From positions 1-43,157 of the forward strand of contig JAYZQJ010000054.1 of NCBI GenBank assembly GCA_036149055.1: a DNA stretch of 43,157 bases, in the 5' to 3' direction. The translations under genes and the position numbers were made by a program. Of the stretch, positions 35,901 to 43,157 are shown piece after piece. Under the pieces are notes generated by a model. That model was not told the origin of the DNA and did no database searches. It saw only the letters and a program-made list of their open reading frames with translations. Position 1 is the stretch's first letter, and each line of letters begins with the position of its first letter. The DNA comes from Myxococcota bacterium (GTDB lineage: Bacteria > Myxococcota_A > Polyangia > Polyangiales > Sandaracinaceae).

Positions 35901-37171
35901 CTCGCTGGCCCCGACCCCTCCAGGTGGAGGCCGTAGGTGGCGCGCTCGATGACGAGCCCGCGCAGGCTCGAGCCCGTAGCGCCCGGGAGGAAGCGGACGC
36001 CGTACCAGGAGCCGGTGCCCGTGCTCGAGTTGCTGAGCGTCGCCGGCGCCGCGTGGGTGGCGTTGACCACGAGCGCGCCGAGCACGATCAGCTCGCCGCG
36101 GCTCGTGTTGGCGTTCGCCCCCATGATGTCGGCGGTCGTGAACTGCAGGGTCGCGCCGCTCGGCACGGTGAGGGTGACGCCCGGGGCGATGGTCAGGTCG
36201 CCGGCGATCGAGGTCACGCCCCCGGGCGCGGTGGTGTCGGTCCAGAGCGTGCCGTAGAGCCCCGGCGTGGGGTCCGAGACGTAGGGGAGGGCGCCCTGAT
36301 CGCTGCCGTCGCCCGCGCCGAAGCGGCTGGGCGAGTTCGAGGTCAGGCGGAGGTCGGTGGCGGAGACGTAGAGCGGGTTGGCGCTCTGGGTGCGGGTCTG
36401 GGTGACCACGCCCTCGTAGTTGGTGCCGTTGCCCCACACGTTGCTGTCCACCACGGTCGCGACGCCCGCGTTGCGGTCGACGCCGTCGTCGCTGTTCTGG
36501 GTGACGACGCTGTCGACCACGTCGAGGGTGCCGCCGGCCAGATAGGCGGCGTCGCTGTTGCTGTGCAGGGTGCAGTGGTCGAGGGTCACCCCGGCGCTCC
36601 CCGAGACGTACACGCCCACGTTGTCGTCGACGAAGAGGCTGTCGATCGCGGTCGGGGTGCCCGCCACGGCGTAGATGCCGTAGGTGTTCTGGCGGAAGCT
36701 CGTCCCGTTCACGCTCGGGCTGCCGCCGAACACGTACAGGCCATAGCTCGCGTAGCGGACGTCGGCGCCAGAGAGGGTGACCGTCGACCCCGGGTTGGCC
36801 ACGACGCCGTACCAGCTCCCGGTCCCGGTCGACGTCGAGCGGAGCGTCACCGGCTCCGCCGCCGTGCCGCTCACGGTGAGCTCGCCGTCGACGATGATCT
36901 CGACCCGCGAGGTGTTCGCGCCGCTCCCGGTGGCGTCGCCCGTCGGGAAGCGCACGTCCACGCCCTGCTGGATCCGGAGGAACGCGCCCGCGGGGATCGT
37001 GATGTCGCCCTGCACGGTGTACGGGCTCCCCGCGACGGTCCAGGTCTGGTTGACGATGTTCCCGCCCGGGATGGTGGTCTGCGCCTCCGCCACCGAGGCC
37101 GCCGAGGCCAGGGTCAGGGTCAGGGTCGCGAGGAGGGCGGCGAAGGCGAGGCGGTACGTCGTGCGGAGCAT
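32939..37171 (-). CDS. Large cell-surface protein: 3 beta-helix modules, choice-of-anchor-Q-like segment, 15 myxobacterial Cys-rich (DUF4215-type) repeats and MYXO-CTERM
   Basis: Signal peptide from ATG 37171 (..VAEAQ); modules with 813-bp DNA period (e.g. 35428 vs 36241); LRLTSTSPCVDSG..DMGAYE; CGD(G/A)..E.CDD repeats; GGCGCRAAGG-hydrophobic-RR C-terminus. Confidence 0.92.
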   Translation of the reverse strand: MLRTTYRLAFAALLATLTLTLASAASVAEAQTTIPGGNIVNQTWTVAGSPYTVQGDITIPAGAFLRIQQGVDVRFPTGDATGSGANTSRVEIIVDGELTVSGTAAEPVTLRSTSTGTGSWYGVVANPGSTVTLSGADVRYASYGLYVFGGSPSVNGTSFRQNTYGIYAVAGTPTAIDSLFVDDNVGVYVSGSAGVTLDHCTLHSNSDAAYLAGGTLDVVDSVVTQNSDDGVDRNAGVATVVDSNVWGNGTNYEGVVTQTRTQSANPLYVSATDLRLTSNSPSRFGAGDGSDQGALPYVSDPTPGLYGTLWTDTTAPGGVTSIAGDLTIAPGVTLTVPSGATLQFTTADIMGANANTSRGELIVLGALVVNATHAAPATLSNSSTGTGSWYGVRFLPGATGSSLRGLVIERATYGLHLEGSGPASARELTLQRNTYGVYAASGSVTLEDNVLVDNNVGVYTSGSSAVTLDHCTLHSNSDGAYLAGGTLTVRDSVITQNSDDGVDRNAGVATVEDSNVWSNGTNYEGVVTQTRTQSANPLYVSATNLRLTSNSPSRFGAGDGSDQGALPYVSDATPGLYGTLWIDTTAPVGTTSIPGDLTVAPGVTLTLPAGSTLSFQASDIMGAHENTARAELRVLGALVTQGTSSMPVRLTSSSTGTGSWWGVDFLPGAAGSALRGLVIERASYAIRLRTSPGVFDRLTLSRNTYGVYADAGTASFVNALLVDNNVGTYAAGSTNLSFRHATVYSNSDGFYVAGGTLDIANSIVTNNSDDGVDRNAGAATIRYSDVWSNGTNFEGVVTQGAGMISANPFYAGAPSDLRLTSTSPCVDSGEAASGAPTDRDGATRPLDGDGIGGAAYDMGAYEYAVATVCGDGVIGAGETCDDGAMNGSYGFCNASCSGLGPRCGDGVTNGPEACDDGNGDDTDACLSTCVAARCGDGVLRAGVETCDDGNTSNTDACVMCMPASCGDGFVQAGVEDCDDGNTSNTDACVMCTAASCGDGFVQAGVEECDDANSSNTDACTNSCTAARCGDGYVGPGESCDDGNTIDDDACSNSCRPASCGDGIVQMGEECDDGNTVNDDACTNACRAPACGDGIVQMGEQCDDGNAVNDDTCSNACTRARCGDAIVQSGEECDDGNTDPSDACTSSCQNAVCGDGFVQAGVEACDDGNGFNDDGCVEGCVPARCGDGYLHDGVEACDDGNDVDGDGCSSTCALASCGDGAVQTGEECDDGNASNIDGCLNTCLAARCGDGFVRAGAEACDDGNDLDNDACLSSCRNASCGDGFVWAGMETCDDGNGVQTDACLASCEEASCGDGFVQDGVEGCDDGNTESGDGCSAACMPDGTGPGPDGGVGVTDGGVIPGADAGPGAPTEGGCGCRAAGGEGRGLGLFALLLLGLVWRRVYRPGARDVS
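33150..34570 (-). repeat. Intragenic array of 15 Cys-rich repeats (~31-35 aa each)
   Basis: 15 CGD(G/A) units counted in the translation; recurring GTTGCCGTCGTCGCA in the DNA. Boundaries approximate. Confidence 0.9.
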
Positions 37172-37350
37172 GGCCGCCGAGCATACGCCGGCTCCGTACG
37201 AAGATCCCTCGGCCGAGCTCGAGCGCCTCACGCAGCGGAGCGGCGGGGTAGCCGGCGGCCTTCGTCGACGAGCGCGGCGAAGTCGCCGCACGCGCCACCC
37301 GTCGATCCCGCGGCAGCGGGCGGCCAGCGAGCGCGCAGCGCGAGCGCGAG

Positions 37351-37484
37351 CCGCGACCCCAGCGCCCCCCGCGGGGGTCGCGGGGCCCGCGCGCGCCGCG
37401 CGCGAGGCCCCGACGGTGTCGGGCGGGGGGCCCCATTGGCGCTTTGCCCAAGGGGGGGAGGGTTTGCCCCAAACCCTCCAAAAA
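37351..37484. other. Intergenic cluster of overlapping hairpins (REP/MITE-like or structured leader)
   Basis: CCGCGACCCC/GGGGTCGCGG (37351-37383), CGGGGCC..GGCCCCG (37381-37412), CCCGAC/GTCGGG (37409-37423), CCCC.TTGG/CCAAGGGG (37431-37455), GGAGGGTTTG/CAAACCCTCC (37457-37479). Confidence 0.5.
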
Positions 37485-37486
37485 GC

Positions 37487-38197
37487 TCAGCGCAAGCGGA
37501 GCTGGTAGCGGCCGCGGCCGCTCCCGTCGTAGGAGTTCGCGCGCACCGTGTAGGTGCCGCTCACCGGGACCACGAAGTCGATGTGGCTGTTCGTGCCCTC
37601 GCCTCCGTCGTCGTCCTGCACGAGCGAGGTCCCGTCGGGACCGATCAGCCAGAGGTAGGTGTCGAGCTCCGCGCTCACCATGTCGATCACCACCCGCTGC
37701 CCGGCCGCGAGCTCGAAGCGATAGTCGTCGTAGGGGGAGTCGTCCTGCTGCACGCGCGGGTCGTCGTCGGTGAGCTCGCCCTCGATGACGTCGCCCCCCA
37801 GCGCGGTCGGGCTGGGCGCGGCGAGCTCGTGCGCGAAGCCGAACGTCACCGCCAGGCCCATGACGCGATCGCTGCAGACCTCGACCGCGTCCGGCTCGCC
37901 GGCGAGCATCGACCGGGCGCAGAAGGCGCGCACCTCCTCGACCTCGGGGGTGTGATAGCGGTGGTCCAGCAGGCGCTCGGTCGACTGGTCCACGGCCCGG
38001 TCGTCGCCCGAGGCGGCGGTGAGGAAGAGGCCGACCAGGTCGCGCGCCTCCTCCTCCCCGCTCGGCGCGGACGCCGCGAGGTTCTGGTTCCGGGCCTCGC
38101 CGCCCGCGGTCGCGGTCACGGCGACCGGAGCCGGCTCGGGCTCGGGGCCGCAGGCGAGGAGGACGAGGGTCAGGGCGGCGCAGATCGTGGGACGCAC
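37487..38197 (-). CDS. Lipoprotein with C-terminal PPC (bacterial pre-peptidase C-terminal) domain
   Basis: Lipobox LLAC; GELTDDD..YDDYRFELAAGQRVVIDMVS..DTYLWLIGPDG..QDDDGG..NSHI..SGTYTVRANSY..GRYQL. Confidence 0.88.
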   Translation of the reverse strand: MRPTICAALTLVLLACGPEPEPAPVAVTATAGGEARNQNLAASAPSGEEEARDLVGLFLTAASGDDRAVDQSTERLLDHRYHTPEVEEVRAFCARSMLAGEPDAVEVCSDRVMGLAVTFGFAHELAAPSPTALGGDVIEGELTDDDPRVQQDDSPYDDYRFELAAGQRVVIDMVSAELDTYLWLIGPDGTSLVQDDDGGEGTNSHIDFVVPVSGTYTVRANSYDGSGRGRYQLRLR

Positions 38198-38214
38198 CGA
38201 GCCAGTCTACATGG

Positions 38215-40299
38215 TCAGGGCAAGGTGCCGGTCAGCTCGGCCTCGATCACGAGCACGCCGCGGCGGGGGCGAGCCCGCTCGGTCTGGGCGAGCGTCAGGC
38301 GCAGATCGGCGAGCTCGGGCGCGAGGCCGCCGAGGTCCCCGAGGCTCGGGAGCGGCACGTCGAGCGAGAGCCCGTCCCGGAGCGAGCCGCTGAGCATCGG
38401 CCAGAGATCGAGCAGCAGGGTGCGCACGGTGTCGGCGGTCAGCGCGCGCGGGTTCGAGGGCGGCTGCAGGGTCCAGACCCGGATGGCCGGCTCCTCGTCG
38501 AGCAGGATCGCGATGCGGTTGTCCCGGACGTCGAGGTTCACGCCGGCGTCGATCGTCACCCCGTAGCGCACCGGCTCGCCCTGGTAGGTCAGCGCGAGCT
38601 CGAGCTGGCCGAGGGTGAGGACCAGGTCGTCCTCCTCCTCGGGGCGCGGCGGGCGCAGCACCGGCGGGAGCCGCCCGAGGATCCGGGCCTCGCTCACGAG
38701 CCCGCTCAGCGACTCGGGCAGGATCGGGCTCGCGTCCACGTCGAGCAGCCCCGAGCTCCACAGCGAGTGGAGCAGCGCGTTGAGCAGCGCGAGCCGGACC
38801 GCGACCTTCAGCGAGCCGTCGCCGAAGAATGGCGGCGCGCGGTCCACGTCGCTCAGGCGCGGCACCCCGCGGCTCTCCGGGTGCAGGCTGACCACGTCGG
38901 TGCCCACCCGGGTGCGCATGCCGAGGGTGATCTGGCTGCGGAAGGTGGGCTGCAGCGCGGCGACGCGGCCGTCGATCTGGAGCGTCACCGCCGGGAAGGG
39001 CGGGCTGTCGAGGGTCAGCTCCTGGTCCTGGAGCGCGCCGTCGATGGCCGTGAAGGCGTCCTGGAGCAGCGCGGGCACGCTGTCCTCGAGGGTGTCCCGG
39101 AGCGCGTCCACCAGGAGGGTCTCGAGGGTCGTCCGGAAGAGCCCCTCGGCGAGCCGGAACACCGCCGCGGTCTCCTCGCTCACGAAGCTGCCCTCGAGCG
39201 ACTCCAGGCCGACGACGAGGTCGCCGAGCGTGACCTCGATCGCGGCGTCGGGGCTCTCCTTGCGGATCGTCATGCGCGCGAAGGCCACGCCGGCGGCGCG
39301 GATGGACCCGGTCAGCGGGAGGCTCGTGCCCTCCACCTGGAGGAGGCCGCTCGTGTCGGCCTCGAGGGTGCCGAGGCGCACGAAGAGATCCGCGCCGTCG
39401 TCGGTCACGTCGATCTCGACCTGGGGATCGGCGAGCCGGGCGTCGGTGACGCGCAGGGTGAAGGTGGGCGGGTCGTCCACGACCGGATCGGGGATCACGC
39501 CGCCGACGTCCAGCGAGGCGAGCGCGAGCTCCATGATGTCGGCGAGGTCGCGGGTGACCACCGGCTCGGCGGTCCGGTCGAGGGGGACGCCGTCGTCGAA
39601 GAAGCCCTGACCGAGCCAGAGCGAGAGCCCGTCGTCGAGGGTGAGCGACGGCCGGCCCTCGGCGTCGAGCGCGGGCGTGTAGGCGGGCGCCCAGAGCACG
39701 TCCATCTCGACCTCGGAGACGTCGGTCAGGCCGTCGGACGCGGTGACCACGAGGTGGTTCACGCCGAAGAAGCCCTCCAGCGTCGCCTCGAACTGGCCGA
39801 GCGCGTCGACCTCCGCCGGCGCGCCGTTCACGTAGACGTTCACCATGCCGCGGTCGGCGACCGAGCCGGTGACGACGATGCCCCCGGCGTCGTCGAGCTC
39901 CGCGCCCGGCGTGGGCGAGGTGACCTCCAGGCTGGGCATGCCGTCGTCGACCCGGATCGCGACCGTGTCGCAGAGGGTCGGCGCCTCGTCCATCAGGGTC
40001 GGCGCGACGCAGCCGGTGAACACCACGCGCCCCTCCCCGGTCAGGGTGAAGGCGCGCGCCCGCGGGCTCTCGCCCGGCGCGCCGGCCTCGGCCGCGGCGT
40101 CGGGCTCGACCGACCAGATCACCTCGACGTCCTCGATCGGCTCGCCGAAGACGTCGAACACCCGCCCGGTCAGCATCACCGTCTCGCCGGTGTGATACCA
40201 GGTGCGCGAGGGCGCGATGACCGCCTCGATCCGGGCCGGATCGGGCGCGCCGCCGCAGCCGGCGGCGAAGAGGAGCGCGAGCGCGAGGAGCCGCCTCAT
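38215..40299 (-). CDS. Lipoprotein with Ig-like domains and putative BPI/LBP/CETP-like (TULIP) C-terminal region
   Basis: ATG 40299 overlaps the upstream stop (ATGA); lipobox AAGC; Ig-like PSLEVTSP..VTGSVAD..VNG..GVN; LSLWLGQGFFD and VAVRLALLNALLHSLWSSGLLDV. CDS is solid; the fold is an inference. Confidence 0.75.
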   Translation of the reverse strand: MRRLLALALLFAAGCGGAPDPARIEAVIAPSRTWYHTGETVMLTGRVFDVFGEPIEDVEVIWSVEPDAAAEAGAPGESPRARAFTLTGEGRVVFTGCVAPTLMDEAPTLCDTVAIRVDDGMPSLEVTSPTPGAELDDAGGIVVTGSVADRGMVNVYVNGAPAEVDALGQFEATLEGFFGVNHLVVTASDGLTDVSEVEMDVLWAPAYTPALDAEGRPSLTLDDGLSLWLGQGFFDDGVPLDRTAEPVVTRDLADIMELALASLDVGGVIPDPVVDDPPTFTLRVTDARLADPQVEIDVTDDGADLFVRLGTLEADTSGLLQVEGTSLPLTGSIRAAGVAFARMTIRKESPDAAIEVTLGDLVVGLESLEGSFVSEETAAVFRLAEGLFRTTLETLLVDALRDTLEDSVPALLQDAFTAIDGALQDQELTLDSPPFPAVTLQIDGRVAALQPTFRSQITLGMRTRVGTDVVSLHPESRGVPRLSDVDRAPPFFGDGSLKVAVRLALLNALLHSLWSSGLLDVDASPILPESLSGLVSEARILGRLPPVLRPPRPEEEDDLVLTLGQLELALTYQGEPVRYGVTIDAGVNLDVRDNRIAILLDEEPAIRVWTLQPPSNPRALTADTVRTLLLDLWPMLSGSLRDGLSLDVPLPSLGDLGGLAPELADLRLTLAQTERARPRRGVLVIEAELTGTLP

Positions 40300-42926
40300 C
40301 GGACCGCGAAGTCCCCGCGCAGCACGAAGTGCGGCGCCTCGAAGGCCAGGGCCGGCGACGTCAGCCCGAGCCGGGCGCCCGCCGGGAGCCCGTAGCGGGC
40401 CAGGCTCGCCGGGATGGAGAAGCTCGGGATCGGCAGCGCCGGGAGCGCGTCGTCGAGCGCCGGCCGGAGGACCCGCTCGAGCAGGCGGGTCAAGAAGCCC
40501 TCCAGGGTGTCGCGGGTGCGCATGTCGAGGCTCGCGAGGTCGGTGCTGAAGAAGAGCTGCTCGACCCGGAAGTCCTCGAAGACGAGGTCCTCCCCGGCGA
40601 GCCGCGCGGACAGCGAGGCCCGCACGCCCAGAGTGAGGAAGACGGGCTCGCTGAACAGCTCCGGGTAGCGCAGCAGCAGCGTGACCGCGCCGAGCGACAG
40701 CTCGACCCGATCGGAGTCCTCGATCGTCACGACCGGCGGCAGCCCGGTGGCGAGCTGCGCCGACACCCCGTCCGGCACCCCGCCGATGGTGGCGCTGTCG
40801 AGCGTCGCGTCGAAGAAGCCGCCTCGCCAGAGCGCGTGGAGCGCCTGGTTGAGCAGCGTCTCGTGCACCGCGACCGCGGTGGTGCCGCTCCCCGAGGGGT
40901 CGAGGATCCGTGCGCCCGGCCGCGAGGGCGCGCCGAGGGTCGGCCGGGCGTGCGCCGCCGGGGCCGAGAAGCGGGTCCCGATGCCGAAGAGCATGCGGGT
41001 CGAGGACGTGTCGAGGGTCGAGAAGCCGACCCCGAAGCTCAGCGGGATGTCCTCGCCGCCGTCGAGCCGGGGCACGTCGAACGAGGTCCCGAGCGTCGAG
41101 ACGTCGAGGCCGCCGATGACGTCGTCGAGGATCTCGTTGAAGTTGTCGGTGACCCAGTCGCGCACGAGGCCGGCCACGAGGTCGCGGATGCTGCCATTGA
41201 AGAGGCCGACGATGATGTCGATGATCGCGCCGCTGAGGCCGGAGAAGTCGGTGCTGATGCGCCCGACCGACACCGAGACCGAGCCGGGGCGGACCCGCAT
41301 GCGGGGCCGGCCGCCCGAGAGCGAGGTGTCGAAGATCGCGCGCACGTCGACGGAGTCGAAGGTGACCCACCCGCGCGTGTCGTAGTTGATCCCGGAGACG
41401 TGTCCGCGCGCCCGCACCCGCACCCGCACGTTGCGCAGGGTGACGTTCGCGCGGAGGCCGCCCGGGACCGTGGTGAGGGTCGTCGTGTTCGGCCCGTTGA
41501 TCTCGGAGTCGAGGTAGATGACCTCGCTCCGCAGGACGCAGACGCCGAGCACGCGCTGATCGCAGCCGCTGGGCTTGAGCGGGTTGCTCGCGAGCAGCTG
41601 CGCGTGCAGCTCGTCCCGGAGGCCCGTGCTGTTCAGCACCGTGCTCAGCACGTCGGCGAGGGAGTCGAGGGGATCGCTCCGGTTGGCGTCGTCGAAGGCC
41701 GCCTGCCGCAGCCGGAGCGAGAGCATGTCGTCCGCGGCCCGGTCGTCGGGCGCCCAGGTGTCGGCGAGGAGGAACGCGCAGGTGCGGCTCGTCTCCCGGC
41801 CCGCCGAGTCGACCGCGGCGAGGTCGACGAAGTTGATGCCGTAGGCCGCGTCGAGCGTGTGAGTGAAGACCCCGCTCCCGTCGAGGGGCACGGTCGCGCC
41901 GTTCACCCGCACGTCGGTCACGCCGGAGAGATCGGCGACCGAGCCGGTGAAGGTCAGCGTGCCCGCGGCCCGGTCGAGGATCGCGCCGTCGAGCGGGTCG
42001 TCGCAGGAGATGGCGGGCCCGGAGCCGTCGACGATCACGGTGGTGGTCGCCTCGAGGGGCAGGTCGTCCTGGGTGGGCGGCGTGACGCGCGCGGTGAGGG
42101 TGTAGACGCCGTCCGCGAGGTAGCGGAAGCGCCCGTCGCCGAGCTGCTGCCCCGCGGGCTCGCTGGTCACCGGGACGTCGGCCGAGGGGACCTCGTTGCC
42201 GAAGCGGTCGGTGACGATGCGCGCGATGTCGACCACCTGGCCGATGGCGTAGACCGGCTGATCGGGCACCCGCGCGAGGACCAGCGAGGCGGGCAAGCCC
42301 GGGCGGACCTCGATCTCCGTCGGCACGCTGATCGCGCCCGGCACGTCGCAGTGCACGTCGAAGCGGCCGGCGCGGGTGAAGGTGCCGAGCGTGCCCTCGA
42401 ACGCGTTGCCCTCGTCCATCGGGTCGGCGCGCACCGTGGCCGCCGCGCCGGTGACCCGGTTGCCGTAGGCGTCGAAGACGTCGCAGGTCACGCGCGCCGT
42501 CTCGCCGGCCTCCACCGAGTCGAAGTCGAGGCTCGCCACCGCGCGGGCCGGGTGCCCGGGGGTGACCTCGACGATCGCGGGCGTGTCGTCGACCAGGCGG
42601 AGCGAGGGGAAGGAGCAGCCCACCTCGAGGCGCCCGGCCAGGGTCGCGACCCAGGCGCCGTCCTCCGCGCGCTCGACCGAGGCGCGAGGCGCGAAGCGCA
42701 GCGACGCCTCGAGGTCCGGCGGCGGCGCGAACGTCTCCCCCGCCTCGTCGACCAGCAGGCACGACACCCGGAGCGGCGCCCCGGCTCGCACCGTGGTCGG
42801 CGCGCTCGTGTCCACGCCGACGGGGATCAGCGGCTCGCCTCCGTCGGCGCCCCCGTCCGCCACCTGCATCCCGTCCCCGCACGCCCACGCGGCGAGCGCG
42901 AAGCACACCAAGCCGACTCGTCTCAT
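40296..42926 (-). CDS. Lipoprotein with multiple Ig-like domains and putative BPI/LBP/CETP-like (TULIP) C-terminal region
   Basis: ATG 42926; lipobox AWAC; Ig-like D.YGN and D.FGN repeats and FTGSVAD..VNG..YGIN; LSLRLRQAAFD and VAVHETLLNQALHALWRGGFFDATL; LPALPIPSF. CDS is solid; the fold is an inference. Confidence 0.75.
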   Translation of the reverse strand: MRRVGLVCFALAAWACGDGMQVADGGADGGEPLIPVGVDTSAPTTVRAGAPLRVSCLLVDEAGETFAPPPDLEASLRFAPRASVERAEDGAWVATLAGRLEVGCSFPSLRLVDDTPAIVEVTPGHPARAVASLDFDSVEAGETARVTCDVFDAYGNRVTGAAATVRADPMDEGNAFEGTLGTFTRAGRFDVHCDVPGAISVPTEIEVRPGLPASLVLARVPDQPVYAIGQVVDIARIVTDRFGNEVPSADVPVTSEPAGQQLGDGRFRYLADGVYTLTARVTPPTQDDLPLEATTTVIVDGSGPAISCDDPLDGAILDRAAGTLTFTGSVADLSGVTDVRVNGATVPLDGSGVFTHTLDAAYGINFVDLAAVDSAGRETSRTCAFLLADTWAPDDRAADDMLSLRLRQAAFDDANRSDPLDSLADVLSTVLNSTGLRDELHAQLLASNPLKPSGCDQRVLGVCVLRSEVIYLDSEINGPNTTTLTTVPGGLRANVTLRNVRVRVRARGHVSGINYDTRGWVTFDSVDVRAIFDTSLSGGRPRMRVRPGSVSVSVGRISTDFSGLSGAIIDIIVGLFNGSIRDLVAGLVRDWVTDNFNEILDDVIGGLDVSTLGTSFDVPRLDGGEDIPLSFGVGFSTLDTSSTRMLFGIGTRFSAPAAHARPTLGAPSRPGARILDPSGSGTTAVAVHETLLNQALHALWRGGFFDATLDSATIGGVPDGVSAQLATGLPPVVTIEDSDRVELSLGAVTLLLRYPELFSEPVFLTLGVRASLSARLAGEDLVFEDFRVEQLFFSTDLASLDMRTRDTLEGFLTRLLERVLRPALDDALPALPIPSFSIPASLARYGLPAGARLGLTSPALAFEAPHFVLRGDFAVR

Positions 42927-43082
42927 CCCGTCTCCCCGACTGCCCGAGCGATGATAGGACAGCCCGGGACCGTTTTCAGCGCGGCTGGTGTCCACGGGAG
43001 CGCGGGGCTCGCAGCGCGCGGCGAAAACGTCTGCGCGCGCCTCGCCGGCGGGACGCCGCGCCCAGCGCGCCAGTCGCTCCTC

Positions 43083-43102
43083 CGAAATGCTGAAGCATTT
43101 CG
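43083..43102. promoter_or_regulatory. Perfect inverted repeat upstream of the lipoprotein pair
   Basis: CGAAATGCT-GA-AGCATTTCG: 9-bp arms, AT-rich relative to the surroundings, about 160 bp upstream of ATG 42926. Confidence 0.45.
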
Positions 43103-43157
43103 TCGTCGGCCCGCCGCGCTGGACGCGACGTCGCGCTCGCCGATCCATCACGCGCAT

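Noticed and set aside
37457..37484. Canonical intrinsic terminator for the PPC gene
   Set aside because: On the coding (minus) strand the T run precedes the stem rather than following it.
38215..42906. Single 1563-aa protein or programmed frameshift joining the two lipoproteins
   Set aside because: The second gene has its own ATG, signal peptide and lipobox at an ATGA overlap; the upstream part of that frame is low-complexity off-frame sequence.

Overview
Very GC-rich chromosomal region of a myxobacterium. The MYXO-CTERM sorting signal, myxobacterial Cys-rich repeats, a kinase-STAND-TPR protein and many lipoproteins point to Myxococcota; Sandaracinaceae/Polyangia-like is an inference. About 29 CDS are supported; no rRNA, tRNA, CRISPR array, transposase or integrase was recognised. 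Metabolic genes: cydAB, accC, a fused LeuD-LeuC aconitase-family dehydratase, a fatty-acid desaturase, a class V aminotransferase, a MepA-like endopeptidase and an MscS channel. Most notable: (1) a tightly coupled yehL-yehM-yehP-yehQ (MoxR AAA+/VWA) operon interleaved with a giant MYXO-CTERM surface protein and a Cys-rich lipoprotein carrying a eukaryote-like C2 domain, with a stand-alone DUF4132 (YehI/MolR-type) gene nearby; (2) a translationally coupled pair of lipoproteins whose C-terminal halves resemble BPI/LBP/CETP (TULIP) lipid-transfer domains; (3) an XRE-HTH fused to an EgtD-like methyltransferase domain, with phased direct repeats upstream; (4) a dispersed ~104-111 bp tandem repeat family at two loci 25 kb apart; (5) a sulfatase-fold lipoprotein with Thr at the nucleophile position. 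All family assignments come from motif recognition by eye, not from database searches.
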